IMG/VR virus record: IMGVR_UViG_3300045988_006050 | Strand: one strand, 5' to 3' | Source of the DNA: a virus | Length of the DNA: 39,849 nt | Shown: one piece after another, positions 1-7,357 of the stretch | Position numbering within the stretch: position 1 is the first letter of the stretch | Layout: each line of letters begins with the position of its first letter | Translations under genes and position numbers: made by a program | Notes under the pieces: model-generated | What the model saw: the letters and a program-made list of their open reading frames with translations, nothing else | Told to the model about the DNA's origin: nothing | Database searches by the model: none

Positions 1-55
1 GAAGGTCTACTTCACACGCAGGAGGTCGATGGTTCGAGTCCATTAGTCTCCACCA
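1..55 (+). tRNA. 3' end of a tRNA (long-variable-arm/type II-like, A73) or tmRNA gene; the 5' part lies outside the window
   Basis: T-arm gatgg-TTCGAGT-ccatt (28-44), acceptor 3' strand agtctcc (45-51), discriminator A52, encoded CCA (53-55). Possible variable-arm helix acttc(9-13)/gaggt(22-26). The ...GTCTCCACCA end also resembles Firmicutes tmRNA 3' ends. Confidence 0.7.
1..55. repeat. attL core (direct repeat, identical to 39795-39849)
   Basis: Exact 55-nt identity with the right end of the window. The true extent may be longer, but the window is cut here. Confidence 0.9.
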
Positions 56-62
56 AAAAAGT

Positions 63-98
63 CCTGAAATCTCAAAGGTTTCAGGGCTTTTTCTTTTT
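63..98. terminator. Bidirectional rho-independent terminator (tRNA on plus strand, int on minus strand)
   Basis: Stem cctgaaa(63-69)/tttcagg(79-85), T-run 88-98 on the plus strand and A-run 55-60 (a T-run on the minus strand). Confidence 0.55.
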
Positions 99-1205
99 CG
101 CTGATTTTTGATTTGTTAGCAACGTGTTAGTAACAGGCGCATCTATCGCATTCACAAGTTGGTCAATGTCAAAGTGCTCATAGATGTTTGCGGTCGTGGA
201 ATAGTCTGCATGACCGAGCATTTTTTGCAGGAGTTCCGGCTTGATATTGTTTGCTACAGCCCAGCTTGCGAATGTGTGCCTTGTTGCGTGTGGTGTTTTC
301 TTGGAGATTCCGAGCCGCTCCAAAAGCGGGTAGTAGTCACGCTTGCGAAAATTCGCAATGACTTTTTGCCCAGCATACCCAGAGATCAGAAGTTCGCCTT
401 TTGCACGCTCCCTGAATTCTGCGAAATATTTACGCCCTTCGGAGCGGATGGGGATTATTCTGTTCCTGCCTGCTTCTGTCTTTTCCCCGCCGATCACGTA
501 GGTTTCATGGACATTTTCGGTTCTAAGCCCGAACAGCTCACCGATTCGCATACCGGTATATACCATCATCAGGGTAAGTTTGGCTGCCTGGGAACCGTCC
601 GCTTCGAGCTTCTGAATATCCTCTTCTGAGAAGATTTCTTTTTCTTTCTTCACATTCTCGGGCAGTTTAATGAACGAAGCGAAGTTTGTCGTTATGAGTT
701 CCTGACGGATTCCCCATTGTGACATCTGCGTTGCAAGTTGCTTGAACTTCGACAGTAGCGAGTGGGACTTATCGCTGTACTTGTCTATGACAATCTGGTA
801 ATCAGCGGTCCGCAGTTCGCGAAATTTTCTGTCATGCAATGGTTCAAAAACGTCATATGCGCGTTCGTAAGACTCTATTCCCTTCGCGCCGATATCGCGG
901 AAGTGTTCATCCTTCCATGCTTCGTAAACCTGCTTGAAGGTCCAGTTATATATTTCGTCGATACTCCGCCCTTGTAGCCGCGCCAGCGCGTCGAGGGCGG
1001 CTGTTTTTTTATCGTAGTATCCAATTATGGTTTTTCCTTTTGCGGCTACCCACGGGCGCGTACGCCTGCCTTGCAGCTTGTAAACTGTCCCTGTACCGTT
1101 TGCACGCTTCAAAGCCTTTCGTTGTGGCGTTTGCTGCTGTTTCCCACACCAGCAGCAGAACACAGAACCGTCTGGTATATCCTTTTTACACTTGATGCAC
1201 TCCAT
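81..1205 (-). CDS. int: Tyrosine recombinase / phage integrase with N-terminal zinc-ribbon
   Basis: CIKCKK...CCWCG zinc ribbon. Catalytic-type motifs MRIGELFGLR, HATRHTFASW and LLGHADYSTTANIYEH. GGAGGG SD 6 nt before ATG 1205; the longest ORF starts at 1235. Confidence 0.92.
   Translation of the reverse strand: MECIKCKKDIPDGSVFCCWCGKQQQTPQRKALKRANGTGTVYKLQGRRTRPWVAAKGKTIIGYYDKKTAALDALARLQGRSIDEIYNWTFKQVYEAWKDEHFRDIGAKGIESYERAYDVFEPLHDRKFRELRTADYQIVIDKYSDKSHSLLSKFKQLATQMSQWGIRQELITTNFASFIKLPENVKKEKEIFSEEDIQKLEADGSQAAKLTLMMVYTGMRIGELFGLRTENVHETYVIGGEKTEAGRNRIIPIRSEGRKYFAEFRERAKGELLISGYAGQKVIANFRKRDYYPLLERLGISKKTPHATRHTFASWAVANNIKPELLQKMLGHADYSTTANIYEHFDIDQLVNAIDAPVTNTLLTNQKSAKKKKP
114..134. 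repeat. Candidate arm-type integrase binding sites, TGTTAG(C/T)AAC x2 (P' arm)
   Basis: tgttagcaac 114-123 and tgttagtaac 125-134. The same decamer recurs at 39660-39692 in the other att arm. Confidence 0.5.
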
Positions 1206-1761
1206 GTTTCCCTCCACGTTCTTTTCGGATTGCATAGAAAGTAATTGCCGAAGCCAGCGCTGAACCTACGATCAGGGCAATGCAAACCCATGCAGCTACG
1301 GACAAATCTCCATCGCGAATAAGACCTATGCTCCGGATCTGCGCATCCGTCACAAGGCAGGCAATCAGAGAAAAGGAGAGCAGCATACAAAACAGGGCGA
1401 GGACGTAACACATTGTATGTGTAGACCTTATCTGTGCGCTCTGCGCGGCTGTTGTTGCCGCCAGCTTGGCGTTTTCGATCTCGACATGATGAATCTGCTC
1501 GGTCAGTTCTTCCGGGCTTTCTGCGGGTTTGACAAGCCCGCACAGCTCATCCAGCGACAGCCCGAGAACAAGGCACAGCGCGGCAGAATTGTACAGTTTC
1601 GGGTCTTGCTGTGTTCCTGCGCAGAGCTTCGTCACAGCCGATCTGGAAACGCCGGATTCTTCGACAAGCCTATCAATGGTGTAATGCTGATCTTCCTTCG
1701 CCCGCTTTATGTTACTCTGATATGCAGAAAGATATGGGGCGAGTTCCTGAATCGCCGACAT
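1186..1761 (-). CDS. XRE-family HTH regulator with two C-terminal transmembrane segments
   Basis: HTH: YTIDRLVEESGVSRSAVTKLCAG. Hydrophobic segments: CYVLALFCMLLSFSLIACLV and AAWVCIALIVGSALASAITFYAI. GGAGG SD. Overlaps the int start by 20 nt. Confidence 0.8.
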   Translation of the reverse strand: MSAIQELAPYLSAYQSNIKRAKEDQHYTIDRLVEESGVSRSAVTKLCAGTQQDPKLYNSAALCLVLGLSLDELCGLVKPAESPEELTEQIHHVEIENAKLAATTAAQSAQIRSTHTMCYVLALFCMLLSFSLIACLVTDAQIRSIGLIRDGDLSVAAWVCIALIVGSALASAITFYAIRKERGGKHGVHQV

Positions 1762-1871
1762 GATATACCTCCATTTTCACATATATTTCGCTGATTCTTC
1801 TGCTATGGGTATGGTTTTACCAATTTGAGGGTGGACATTTCTGCCAGTTTTGCTATGCTGGTTACAGGCGC

Positions 1872-1908
1872 GTGAGAAAGCCCCACCGCCGGGGGAGCGA
1901 CGGTGGGG
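1872..1908 (-). terminator. Candidate minus-strand terminator insulating the moron from the HTH-int operon
   Basis: Perfect 8-bp stem ccccaccg(1881-1888)/cggtgggg(1901-1908). On the minus strand it is followed by CTTTCTC, a weak U-tract. Confidence 0.35.
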
Positions 1909-2057
1909 AGATCTTAAACATTCCATTATACAAAATAGTCTGTCCCATAATTGCCGCTTACGAGGGTTACCGGACGAAGAAAATGCAAGGTGTTCTTTGT
2001 GGAAGATTCCAAATTGAAATTATTGAACGAACGTTCTAAAATATGGAGGTACACCAA

Positions 2058-2243
2058 ATGCAGAGCATCAATATTCGCTTTGAAAACGGAAAAGTAAACA
2101 TCATCGTAGACGGGGCGCTTTTCAAGGACGTTCACAGTCTGAGCCTCGACTACATCAAGGGAGCGCCCATGCTCTTCTCCTGCGTCTCAGATGTAGGCGG
2201 CGAGAAGCGGGAGCAGTGGAACCAATGCCCGCTGCCGAACTGA
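2058..2243 (+). CDS. Hypothetical small protein (61 aa)
   Basis: GGAGG 8 nt upstream of ATG 2058. Plausible composition (MQSINIRFENGKVNIIVDG...). Competes with an antisense ORF at 1926-2135. Confidence 0.4.
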   Translation: MQSINIRFENGKVNIIVDGALFKDVHSLSLDYIKGAPMLFSCVSDVGGEKREQWNQCPLPN

Positions 2244-2244
2244 T

Positions 2245-2520
2245 TCACTTAATAGGCCACGAATTACCGCAGTTCTGGCAAAGGCACATCTTCTGGTTCT
2301 TCACAACCTCTTTGGCCGTCCCAGTGCTCTTCTTCCAAACAAGATTTGAAAGGCCGAGTGTGCACATAGCAGTTAAACCTCGCGCGGCGTTATTCATGTG
2401 TCCGCCGAAGCCAACGCCGGACTTCTTGGTTTTGCTGGATACTTGCTGCATGCTAATTGTTACGTTTTCGCTTCCACAGTTAGGGCATATCATAATAACA
2501 AACCTCCGTTTGGTTTTCAT
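2245..2520 (-). CDS. Zinc-ribbon protein (CPNCG...CQNCG), function unknown
   Basis: Two CxxC pairs bracket a ~60-aa insert. ATGA overlap with the upstream gene. AT-rich relative to the rest of the phage. Confidence 0.65.
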   Translation of the reverse strand: MKTKRRFVIMICPNCGSENVTISMQQVSSKTKKSGVGFGGHMNNAARGLTAMCTLGLSNLVWKKSTGTAKEVVKNQKMCLCQNCGNSWPIK

Positions 2521-3101
2521 AAATTTGGCATTGATACAATATATGTGCTGCCATGCTTTACGCGGGAAATCTGGCCACCCTTATCCCAAAAATAAAGGCG
2601 CTCCTTGATATCTTCCTTGACGGAATCGTCAAACGCTTTGTATATGTCGGTTTGCAAAATTGGTTGGTTTTTATCGATAAAGGCAAGCAATTTTGCGTCT
2701 AAGGTTGGAAGTACCGCAAGTCTTACGTTTTCCCGTTGCTTCAACCGCTGATAGTTTTCCTTCAAATAGTTCAGACGGTCAATTGTGGGGGTGATATATG
2801 TAGTACCATCTGGCATATTCCAAAGAGGCTTTCCCCACTCATCATCGAAATATTTCTTTCTTCCGCAAGATATGCAGAATTGACGAAGATCGTTATATGC
2901 GGCAATCTTGCATTCAAGAAGGGATATTTCATCGTCGAGTTTATGTCGTTCTCTTAATGCGACGGCAAAGCCGATCATAATATCTTCATAAGGCTTAATG
3001 TGGTCATTTATAAATTTAAGTTCTTCGTAGTCTAGCGGTTCACAAGACGGGGGAATATCTGGTTTAAGTTCAACCTCATGGCCATTCTCAAAAGCATGCA
3101 T
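2517..3101 (-). CDS. Hypothetical protein (194 aa) with CxxC and a possible C-terminal winged-helix
   Basis: Long ORF in an AT-rich segment, translationally coupled to 2245-2520. No recognisable catalytic motif and no clear SD. Confidence 0.6.
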   Translation of the reverse strand: MHAFENGHEVELKPDIPPSCEPLDYEELKFINDHIKPYEDIMIGFAVALRERHKLDDEISLLECKIAAYNDLRQFCISCGRKKYFDDEWGKPLWNMPDGTTYITPTIDRLNYLKENYQRLKQRENVRLAVLPTLDAKLLAFIDKNQPILQTDIYKAFDDSVKEDIKERLYFWDKGGQISRVKHGSTYIVSMPNL

Positions 3102-3285
3102 TTCAACTGTAAATTTTATTTTTTTGCGCCGCTTAAATAAGCTGAAAATCTGAAATCACCACCACTTCATCATAGGGGGCACGCAGTTTCTACGCGCATT
3201 TATATTTTATCATCGGGGAATTGTATCCACAACCTGAAACCTGCACGAAAAAACAACCTAAAATTTGACGGAAATGGAGAAAATT

Positions 3286-3396
3286 ATGGATGAGAAAAAG
3301 AATTCGACGAAAAATGACATTATTCGACTCTTAGAAAAGGCCACGCCGGAGCAAATCGAACTTGTTTGGAGATTCCTTCATGCGATGGTTACATAA
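3286..3396 (+). CDS. Possible small ORF (36 aa, MDEKKNSTKNDIIRLLEKATPEQIELVWRFLHAMVT)
   Basis: GGAG 5 nt upstream of ATG 3286. Below the ORF-track size cutoff. Convergent with the repressor gene. Confidence 0.3.
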   Translation: MDEKKNSTKNDIIRLLEKATPEQIELVWRFLHAMVT

Positions 3397-3418
3397 CAAA
3401 AAATGAATCCCAGGACGG

Positions 3419-3790
3419 TTATTCGTCCTGGGACATTTTTTTTGCGATTTCGGCCAAAAGCCGCCATTCGTCAACGTCAAGTTTGCTGATGATCGAGATA
3501 AAGCGTTTTCTCGGCGCGTCATCCGGTTCGTTCATAACGCGCCCCATGAACTCTGCGATTTCCTGATTCCGCGTCAGTTTCTGCATCATGTCGCCATCGC
3601 CGGTTCGAAGCCATTCTTCGCTTACATTGAATTCTTTGCAGATCAGGCGCAAGAAGGGCTCATTAGGCTCGGTTTTTTCACCTTCCAGATTTGTAATCAC
3701 GCCGCGTGTTGTTCCAAGACGTTCAGCGAAAGCGGTTTGCGATAATCCAGAGTTTTTACGGACTGCTTTAATGCGTTCGTTAATGCTCAT
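3419..3790 (-). CDS. CI-like lysogeny repressor, XRE-family HTH
   Basis: INERIKAVRKNSGLSQTAFAERLGTTRGVITNLE HTH. AGGAGG SD before ATG 3790. Divergent from the early operon across an operator-rich spacer. Confidence 0.85.
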   Translation of the reverse strand: MSINERIKAVRKNSGLSQTAFAERLGTTRGVITNLEGEKTEPNEPFLRLICKEFNVSEEWLRTGDGDMMQKLTRNQEIAEFMGRVMNEPDDAPRKRFISIISKLDVDEWRLLAEIAKKMSQDE

Positions 3791-3811
3791 TTTAGTACAC
3801 CTCCTGCAATT

Positions 3812-3839
3812 ATTATACACAATATAAATGTATTGTCAA
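3812..3839 (-). promoter_or_regulatory. Candidate repressor-maintenance promoter (minus strand)
   Basis: Minus-strand TTGACA (3839-3834), 16-nt spacer, TATAAT (3817-3812). The predicted transcription start falls very close to the SD, so this is uncertain. Confidence 0.4.
3818..3837. promoter_or_regulatory. Candidate palindromic operator CACAATA-N6-TATTGTC
   Basis: Inverted arms acaata(3819-3824)/tattgt(3831-3836). Related half-sites tattga (3872-3877) and cacaata (3908-3914). Confidence 0.4.
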
Positions 3840-3889
3840 GACAAAAATATAATTAAAAATCTTTAGAAATGTATTGACAAAACAAAAAA
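3826..3889. repeat. Two 23-bp direct repeats AAATGTATTG(T/A)CAA(G/A)ACAAAAA spaced 41 bp apart (operator/promoter elements)
   Basis: 3826-3848 versus 3867-3889 match at 20 of 23 positions. Each contains a -35-like hexamer on the opposite strand from the other. Confidence 0.6.
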
Positions 3890-3902
3890 GCGGTGCTATA
3901 CT
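3874..3902 (+). promoter_or_regulatory. Early lytic promoter (sigma-70 consensus)
   Basis: TTGACA 3874-3879, 17-nt spacer, TATACT 3897-3902. Sits upstream of the first plus-strand gene. Confidence 0.65.
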
Positions 3903-3957
3903 GTAGTCACAATACAAAACACGGCAAAATGATGCCGTAAGAAAGCGGGGTGACACA

Positions 3958-4101
3958 ATGCCGGAAGAAGCGAAGCAGGCACTTGAAAACCTGAGTAAAA
4001 ATGCGAACAGTCTTACGCCTGAGCAGTTACAGCGACTCGGAGACATTGCATATGGCATGAGCCTTGTAAAAGAGGCTCAGCCGAAAAAGGAGGAAACATG
4101 A
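3958..4101 (+). CDS. Small early protein (47 aa)
   Basis: First ORF after the early promoter. ATGA coupling to the next ORF at 4098. Contains LTPEQLQRLGDIAYGM. Confidence 0.5.
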   Translation: MPEEAKQALENLSKNANSLTPEQLQRLGDIAYGMSLVKEAQPKKEET

Positions 4102-4346
4102 GTAACGAAGAGGCTAACGAGCTGTGGGATGAAATTGGAAAGCGTGCAACCGTTAGAAGTAAGGCTGCGGCTAAAGTTGTGAGGGAAGGAACGAACATAA
4201 GGCTAAAAATAGAAGTCGGCGGAGACGAACTACTTTTACTTTTTGCATATGCAGGATGTTCATTATCCGACGCCAGCGCCGACTGCATCAGAAAGAGGAA
4301 CTTTACGTGGTACTTGAACTTACGTGAGGAAAAGGGGAAAACATGA
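4098..4346 (+). CDS. Hypothetical early protein (82 aa)
   Basis: AAGGAGG SD. Coupled to the upstream ORF. Confidence 0.55.
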   Translation: MSNEEANELWDEIGKRATVRSKAAAKVVREGTNIRLKIEVGGDELLLLFAYAGCSLSDASADCIRKRNFTWYLNLREEKGKT

Positions 4347-4373
4347 ACCACATCGATAGCGTGGTAACACTTC

Positions 4374-4434
4374 CGGTAATACCACGGTATTACCTTTAGG
4401 AAATGGAGATGGAAATAGAATAGATAGTATTTCT
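4374..4434. repeat. Ori-like element copy A (palindrome + GGAAAT-type iterons), intergenic
   Basis: cggtaatacc-ac-ggtattacc palindrome, then ggaaatggagatggaaatagaa, then an A/T-rich tract. Matches 8541-8601 at 56 of 61 positions. Confidence 0.6.
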
Positions 4435-4466
4435 CTAATCTTAGAAAAAGAAAAAGGAGAGATAGG

Positions 4467-4715
4467 ATGTTAAATCGAGCAACAATTTCGCCGCAAGAAG
4501 CGGTAGAGATTCTGCGAGAAAACGGCATGCAGATCGGTGTTGAGGTCCTTAGGCTGGGACTGCAACAGGGCGTTTTCCCGTTTGGTAAGGCGGTAAAAAC
4601 CGAGAAAGCACCTGTCTACTGGGTTTTTCCGAAGGACCTTAATGCTTGGATTGAGCGGCATTTAAAGGATGGACCCACTAAGAACGGGGAATTTGTGGAG
4701 GTACATGATGACTGA
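4467..4715 (+). CDS. Putative DNA-binding protein (excisionase/MerR-like HTH), possible Xis
   Basis: AAGGAG SD. ISPQEAVEILRENGMQIGVEVLRLGLQQG...VYWVFPKDLNAWIE resembles Xis-type winged helices. The functional call is weak. Confidence 0.6.
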   Translation: MLNRATISPQEAVEILRENGMQIGVEVLRLGLQQGVFPFGKAVKTEKAPVYWVFPKDLNAWIERHLKDGPTKNGEFVEVHDD

Positions 4716-4968
4716 CGTTGAATATATCCTTGAGGCGAATCACCGGCGCGCAAGAGAGCGCGAACTCGGCGAGCGGTGGGACAAGATTATCCGGCAGCGG
4801 AAAAGGAAGTCGGAGCTTTTGAAGGCTTCGGAGGCGTTCTGCTTCTCGATTGGCTGCGTCCTTCTGGGCGGCACGGCGGTCCTGCTGGGATTCGGGCTGT
4901 TCCAGGCGGCGTTCACGCTTGGCGGCGCGGCGGTGATCTTCTTCGGCGGGGCGGTGCTGATGGAATGA
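4705..4968 (+). CDS. Small membrane protein (C-terminal hydrophobic/Gly-rich helices)
   Basis: GGAGG SD before ATG 4705. FCFSIGCVLLGGTAVLLGFGLFQAAFTLGGAAVIFFGGAVL. Confidence 0.6.
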   Translation: MMTDVEYILEANHRRARERELGERWDKIIRQRKRKSELLKASEAFCFSIGCVLLGGTAVLLGFGLFQAAFTLGGAAVIFFGGAVLME

Positions 4969-5165
4969 TTTACCCGTGCAAGAAATGCACACACGACACA
5001 GGCAAGTGCCGCTGCCTTGACTGGCAGAGATGGTTCTCCGTGGAGTTTGAGGCAGAAGCGGCTAAGGTGCTTGCTGCGACGCACGCAGAGCCGTTACCCG
5101 CGCCGCCGAAGATATTCTATCGCGAGATTGTTTTCAGTTCGATCTTCACGCAGCTTTGGAGGTAG
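4965..5165 (+). CDS. Small Cys-rich protein (66 aa)
   Basis: ATGA coupling. CKKCTHDTGKCRC. Confidence 0.5.
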   Translation: MIYPCKKCTHDTGKCRCLDWQRWFSVEFEAEAAKVLAATHAEPLPAPPKIFYREIVFSSIFTQLWR

Positions 5166-5167
5166 CT

Positions 5168-5377
5168 ATGACGCAGGCTGAACGGGTTTTGAAGTACATG
5201 CGCGACTTCGGCAGCATTACGCAGCTTGAGGCGATGCAGGACCTCGGCTGCATGCGGCTGGGAGCGCGTGTCTACGATCTGAAGCGCGAAGGGTACAACA
5301 TCCGGCGCGACATGGAAACGAGCAAGAATCGGTATGGCGAGGATACGAGCTATGCCAGATACAGGTTGGTGGAATGA
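5168..5377 (+). CDS. Small winged-helix/HTH protein
   Basis: GGAGG SD. RVLKYMRDFGSITQLEAMQDLGCMRLGARVYDLKREGYNI is typical of small phage wHTH proteins. Confidence 0.7.
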   Translation: MTQAERVLKYMRDFGSITQLEAMQDLGCMRLGARVYDLKREGYNIRRDMETSKNRYGEDTSYARYRLVE

Positions 5378-5598
5378 TGGAAGACAAACAGCAAGCGCCG
5401 TTTATCACGGATATCAACGGTGCAGAGATTTATGACGGAAACGAGTATTTCGTCTCCGACGAAGGCAATATTGCCGCCGTGCCTCCGGGAGAGAACTGGA
5501 ACGTACATAACGCCCTGATTGAGCATTTGGTGGAAACGTATGGCACGAATCGCATTGCCGAAATGTGCGGCTTGGACAAGCAAGTCTGCAAGATTTAA
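5374..5598 (+). CDS. Hypothetical protein
   Basis: ATGA coupling. Acidic 74-aa ORF. Confidence 0.6.
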   Translation: MMEDKQQAPFITDINGAEIYDGNEYFVSDEGNIAAVPPGENWNVHNALIEHLVETYGTNRIAEMCGLDKQVCKI

Positions 5599-5608
5599 GG
5601 AGGAAAGT

Positions 5609-6253
5609 ATGCTGAAAGGATTTAACGAGCTTGTACAGATCGACGTTTTGCCGTTCTGTGACAAGCGGAAGGCGAAGGATGACAGCGGGAAGCCGATTGA
5701 AGTTCCGTATCTCCCGTGGGCGAAATGCAAGATGCTGCTTCACGAAAACGGGGCGAATGAGGTCTATTTTGTGCCGCTGAAAAATGAGACTGGCGGGTAC
5801 TTATTCCAGTCAAAAGAAGTCCATGACAAGAATGGCAGAACGACGGGGTGCTATTTCGTTTCCGTCGAAATCCACATCGACGATAAAACATTCCGCATGG
5901 ATATGCCGCTGATGAACGGTTCCTTAGTGGTTTACGATGACACGTTGAATCAGCTTCGGATTTCCAACGCTCATGCAAGAGCCTTTGTGAAGGGCGTGGC
6001 AATTCACACAGGGCTTGGCTTCAAGCTCTGGCTGAACGACAAGGACACGGAACGCGCGGACGATGACCTATCCCAGCACAGCATTATGGCGATCAAGCAG
6101 AGAATCGAACAGCTGATTACATTAAAACTGCAAAACGGGGCGGATATGAGCTATATCCTCTCGGGGCTTGGGCTGAATCAGAAGAAATTCGATCAGCTGA
6201 TGGCGTCGTTCGGTAACATTCAGTATCTGGAAAATACGCTGAAACGCTTATGA
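5609..6253 (+). CDS. Rad52/Sak-like single-strand annealing protein (DUF1071-like)
   Basis: GGAGG SD. YLPWAKCKMLL...MDMPLMNG...AFVKGVAIHTGLGFKLW pattern. Paired with the downstream exonuclease. Confidence 0.7.
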   Translation: MLKGFNELVQIDVLPFCDKRKAKDDSGKPIEVPYLPWAKCKMLLHENGANEVYFVPLKNETGGYLFQSKEVHDKNGRTTGCYFVSVEIHIDDKTFRMDMPLMNGSLVVYDDTLNQLRISNAHARAFVKGVAIHTGLGFKLWLNDKDTERADDDLSQHSIMAIKQRIEQLITLKLQNGADMSYILSGLGLNQKKFDQLMASFGNIQYLENTLKRL

Positions 6254-6810
6254 TACACGATCACGACAGAAGCGGATGGTTCGGCGCGTCGGATACGGCG
6301 GCGATCATGGGTAGATGGGACACAAAGACATTCCGCAGCTTTTGGCTGCAAAAGCTCGGTGTGAACCGCGACCACTTTTCGACACTGGAAATGGATACCG
6401 GAAGTGCTTACGAACACAGGATTCTGGAGCATATCGGCATCCGAAAGATGGACAGGCAGATCAAGATTCGGCGGCTTCGGCTTCGGGTGAATCTGGATGG
6501 CGAGGACGCGCAGGAAATATCAGAGGTAAAGACGCACAAGGGAGAATCCTTCAAGGTGTCCCGTGCGTACTGGATGCAAGCACAGGTTGAAATGTTCGCT
6601 GCGAAAAAGAATTTGCGTATCGTTGCGTACCATCTGGAACCGGAAGACTACAGAAACTGGTTTCGGGAGATTGAGGACGATAGGCTGTCCTATCATCCGA
6701 TACCGTATGATCGGGAATGGATAGAAGGGGAGTATCTGCCACGGCTTCGATACCTTGCAAAGTGCCTTAGAAAGGGGGTCATTCCGGTTGATAGAACTGA
6801 ACATCGTTGA
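6250..6810 (+). CDS. YqaJ-like PD-(D/E)XK recombination exonuclease
   Basis: GASDTAAIMG N-terminal motif and NLDG...EVKT (D...E-x-K). ATGA coupling to the annealase gene. Confidence 0.8.
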   Translation: MIHDHDRSGWFGASDTAAIMGRWDTKTFRSFWLQKLGVNRDHFSTLEMDTGSAYEHRILEHIGIRKMDRQIKIRRLRLRVNLDGEDAQEISEVKTHKGESFKVSRAYWMQAQVEMFAAKKNLRIVAYHLEPEDYRNWFREIEDDRLSYHPIPYDREWIEGEYLPRLRYLAKCLRKGVIPVDRTEHR

Positions 6811-7357
6811 AGCTTCGTGGAGCATGGACGCTTCGGGGAGCTGGCTGAAGCTCAAGCCTGAATTTCCGGCGCAAGCCCGTATGGTTGCCGGGGAACTTGA
6901 CCCACGAAAGAGGTACACAGTGGCAATTAAAGAGTTCCGGAAGATGCGGAGTCGGGATGCAAACCGATATCTTTGGTTGCTTTGCAATAAGCTTTCGGTC
7001 AAAGTGGGTGCGCCGCCGGAGGAAATCTATCGGCACTATATCCCGGATGTTGGTGACAACTCCGATACGATATGCGCTCCGGACGCAGCAGTCAAGCGGT
7101 TCCGGGAATGGTGGGAAGCGCGCGGTCTCGGCTGGTGTACGGAGATTATGGCGTCAAAAATTCCGGGCTGCACGAACGTCATTTGCTACTACGGCTCGAG
7201 CACCTACGACACAAAGCAGATGGCGAGGCTTATTGATCTGGTCGTTGAGGATTGCAAACAGCAGGGCATTGAGACGCTCCCGCCGGAAGAGCTCGAGCGT
7301 ATGGCGCTGGAATGGAGGCAGGATGAGAAAGGAAACGAAGGCGACAAAGATACCTGA
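6788..7357 (+). CDS. ninB: NinB/Orf-family recombination mediator
   Basis: RSRDANRYLWLLCNKLS and YGSSTYDTKQMARLIDLV resemble lambda NinB (RSLDQNRKLWACLGDVS, GQSTSRM..FAELLE). Start is uncertain: TTG 6788 has an AGGGGG SD; alternatives are 6755 and 6824. Confidence 0.7.
   Translation: MIELNIVEASWSMDASGSWLKLKPEFPAQARMVAGELDPRKRYTVAIKEFRKMRSRDANRYLWLLCNKLSVKVGAPPEEIYRHYIPDVGDNSDTICAPDAAVKRFREWWEARGLGWCTEIMASKIPGCTNVICYYGSSTYDTKQMARLIDLVVEDCKQQGIETLPPEELERMALEWRQDEKGNEGDKDT

Noticed and set aside
1-55. Assigning a specific identity (tRNA-Leu, tRNA-Tyr or tmRNA) to the att-site gene
   Set aside because: The anticodon and 5' half lie outside the window. A73 and a long variable-arm-like helix fit a type II tRNA, and GTCTCCACCA also fits tmRNA. 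Identity cannot be decided from 55 nt.
1926-2135. 69-aa minus-strand ORF (GTG start) overlapping the 2058-2243 plus-strand ORF
   Set aside because: The plus-strand ORF has a much better SD (GGAGG, 8 nt) and composition. The minus-strand ORF is not fully excluded, because the hairpin at 1881-1908 would suit it as a terminator.
4013-4528. 171-aa minus-strand ORF across the early-operon start
   Set aside because: It is antisense to SD-preceded, coupled plus-strand ORFs. Its translation is Phe/Leu/Ser-rich.
6885-7322. Long N-terminal extension of the HNH ORF (245-aa version)
   Set aside because: The extension is an Arg-rich out-of-frame reading of ninB. A GGAGG SD precedes the internal ATG at 7323.
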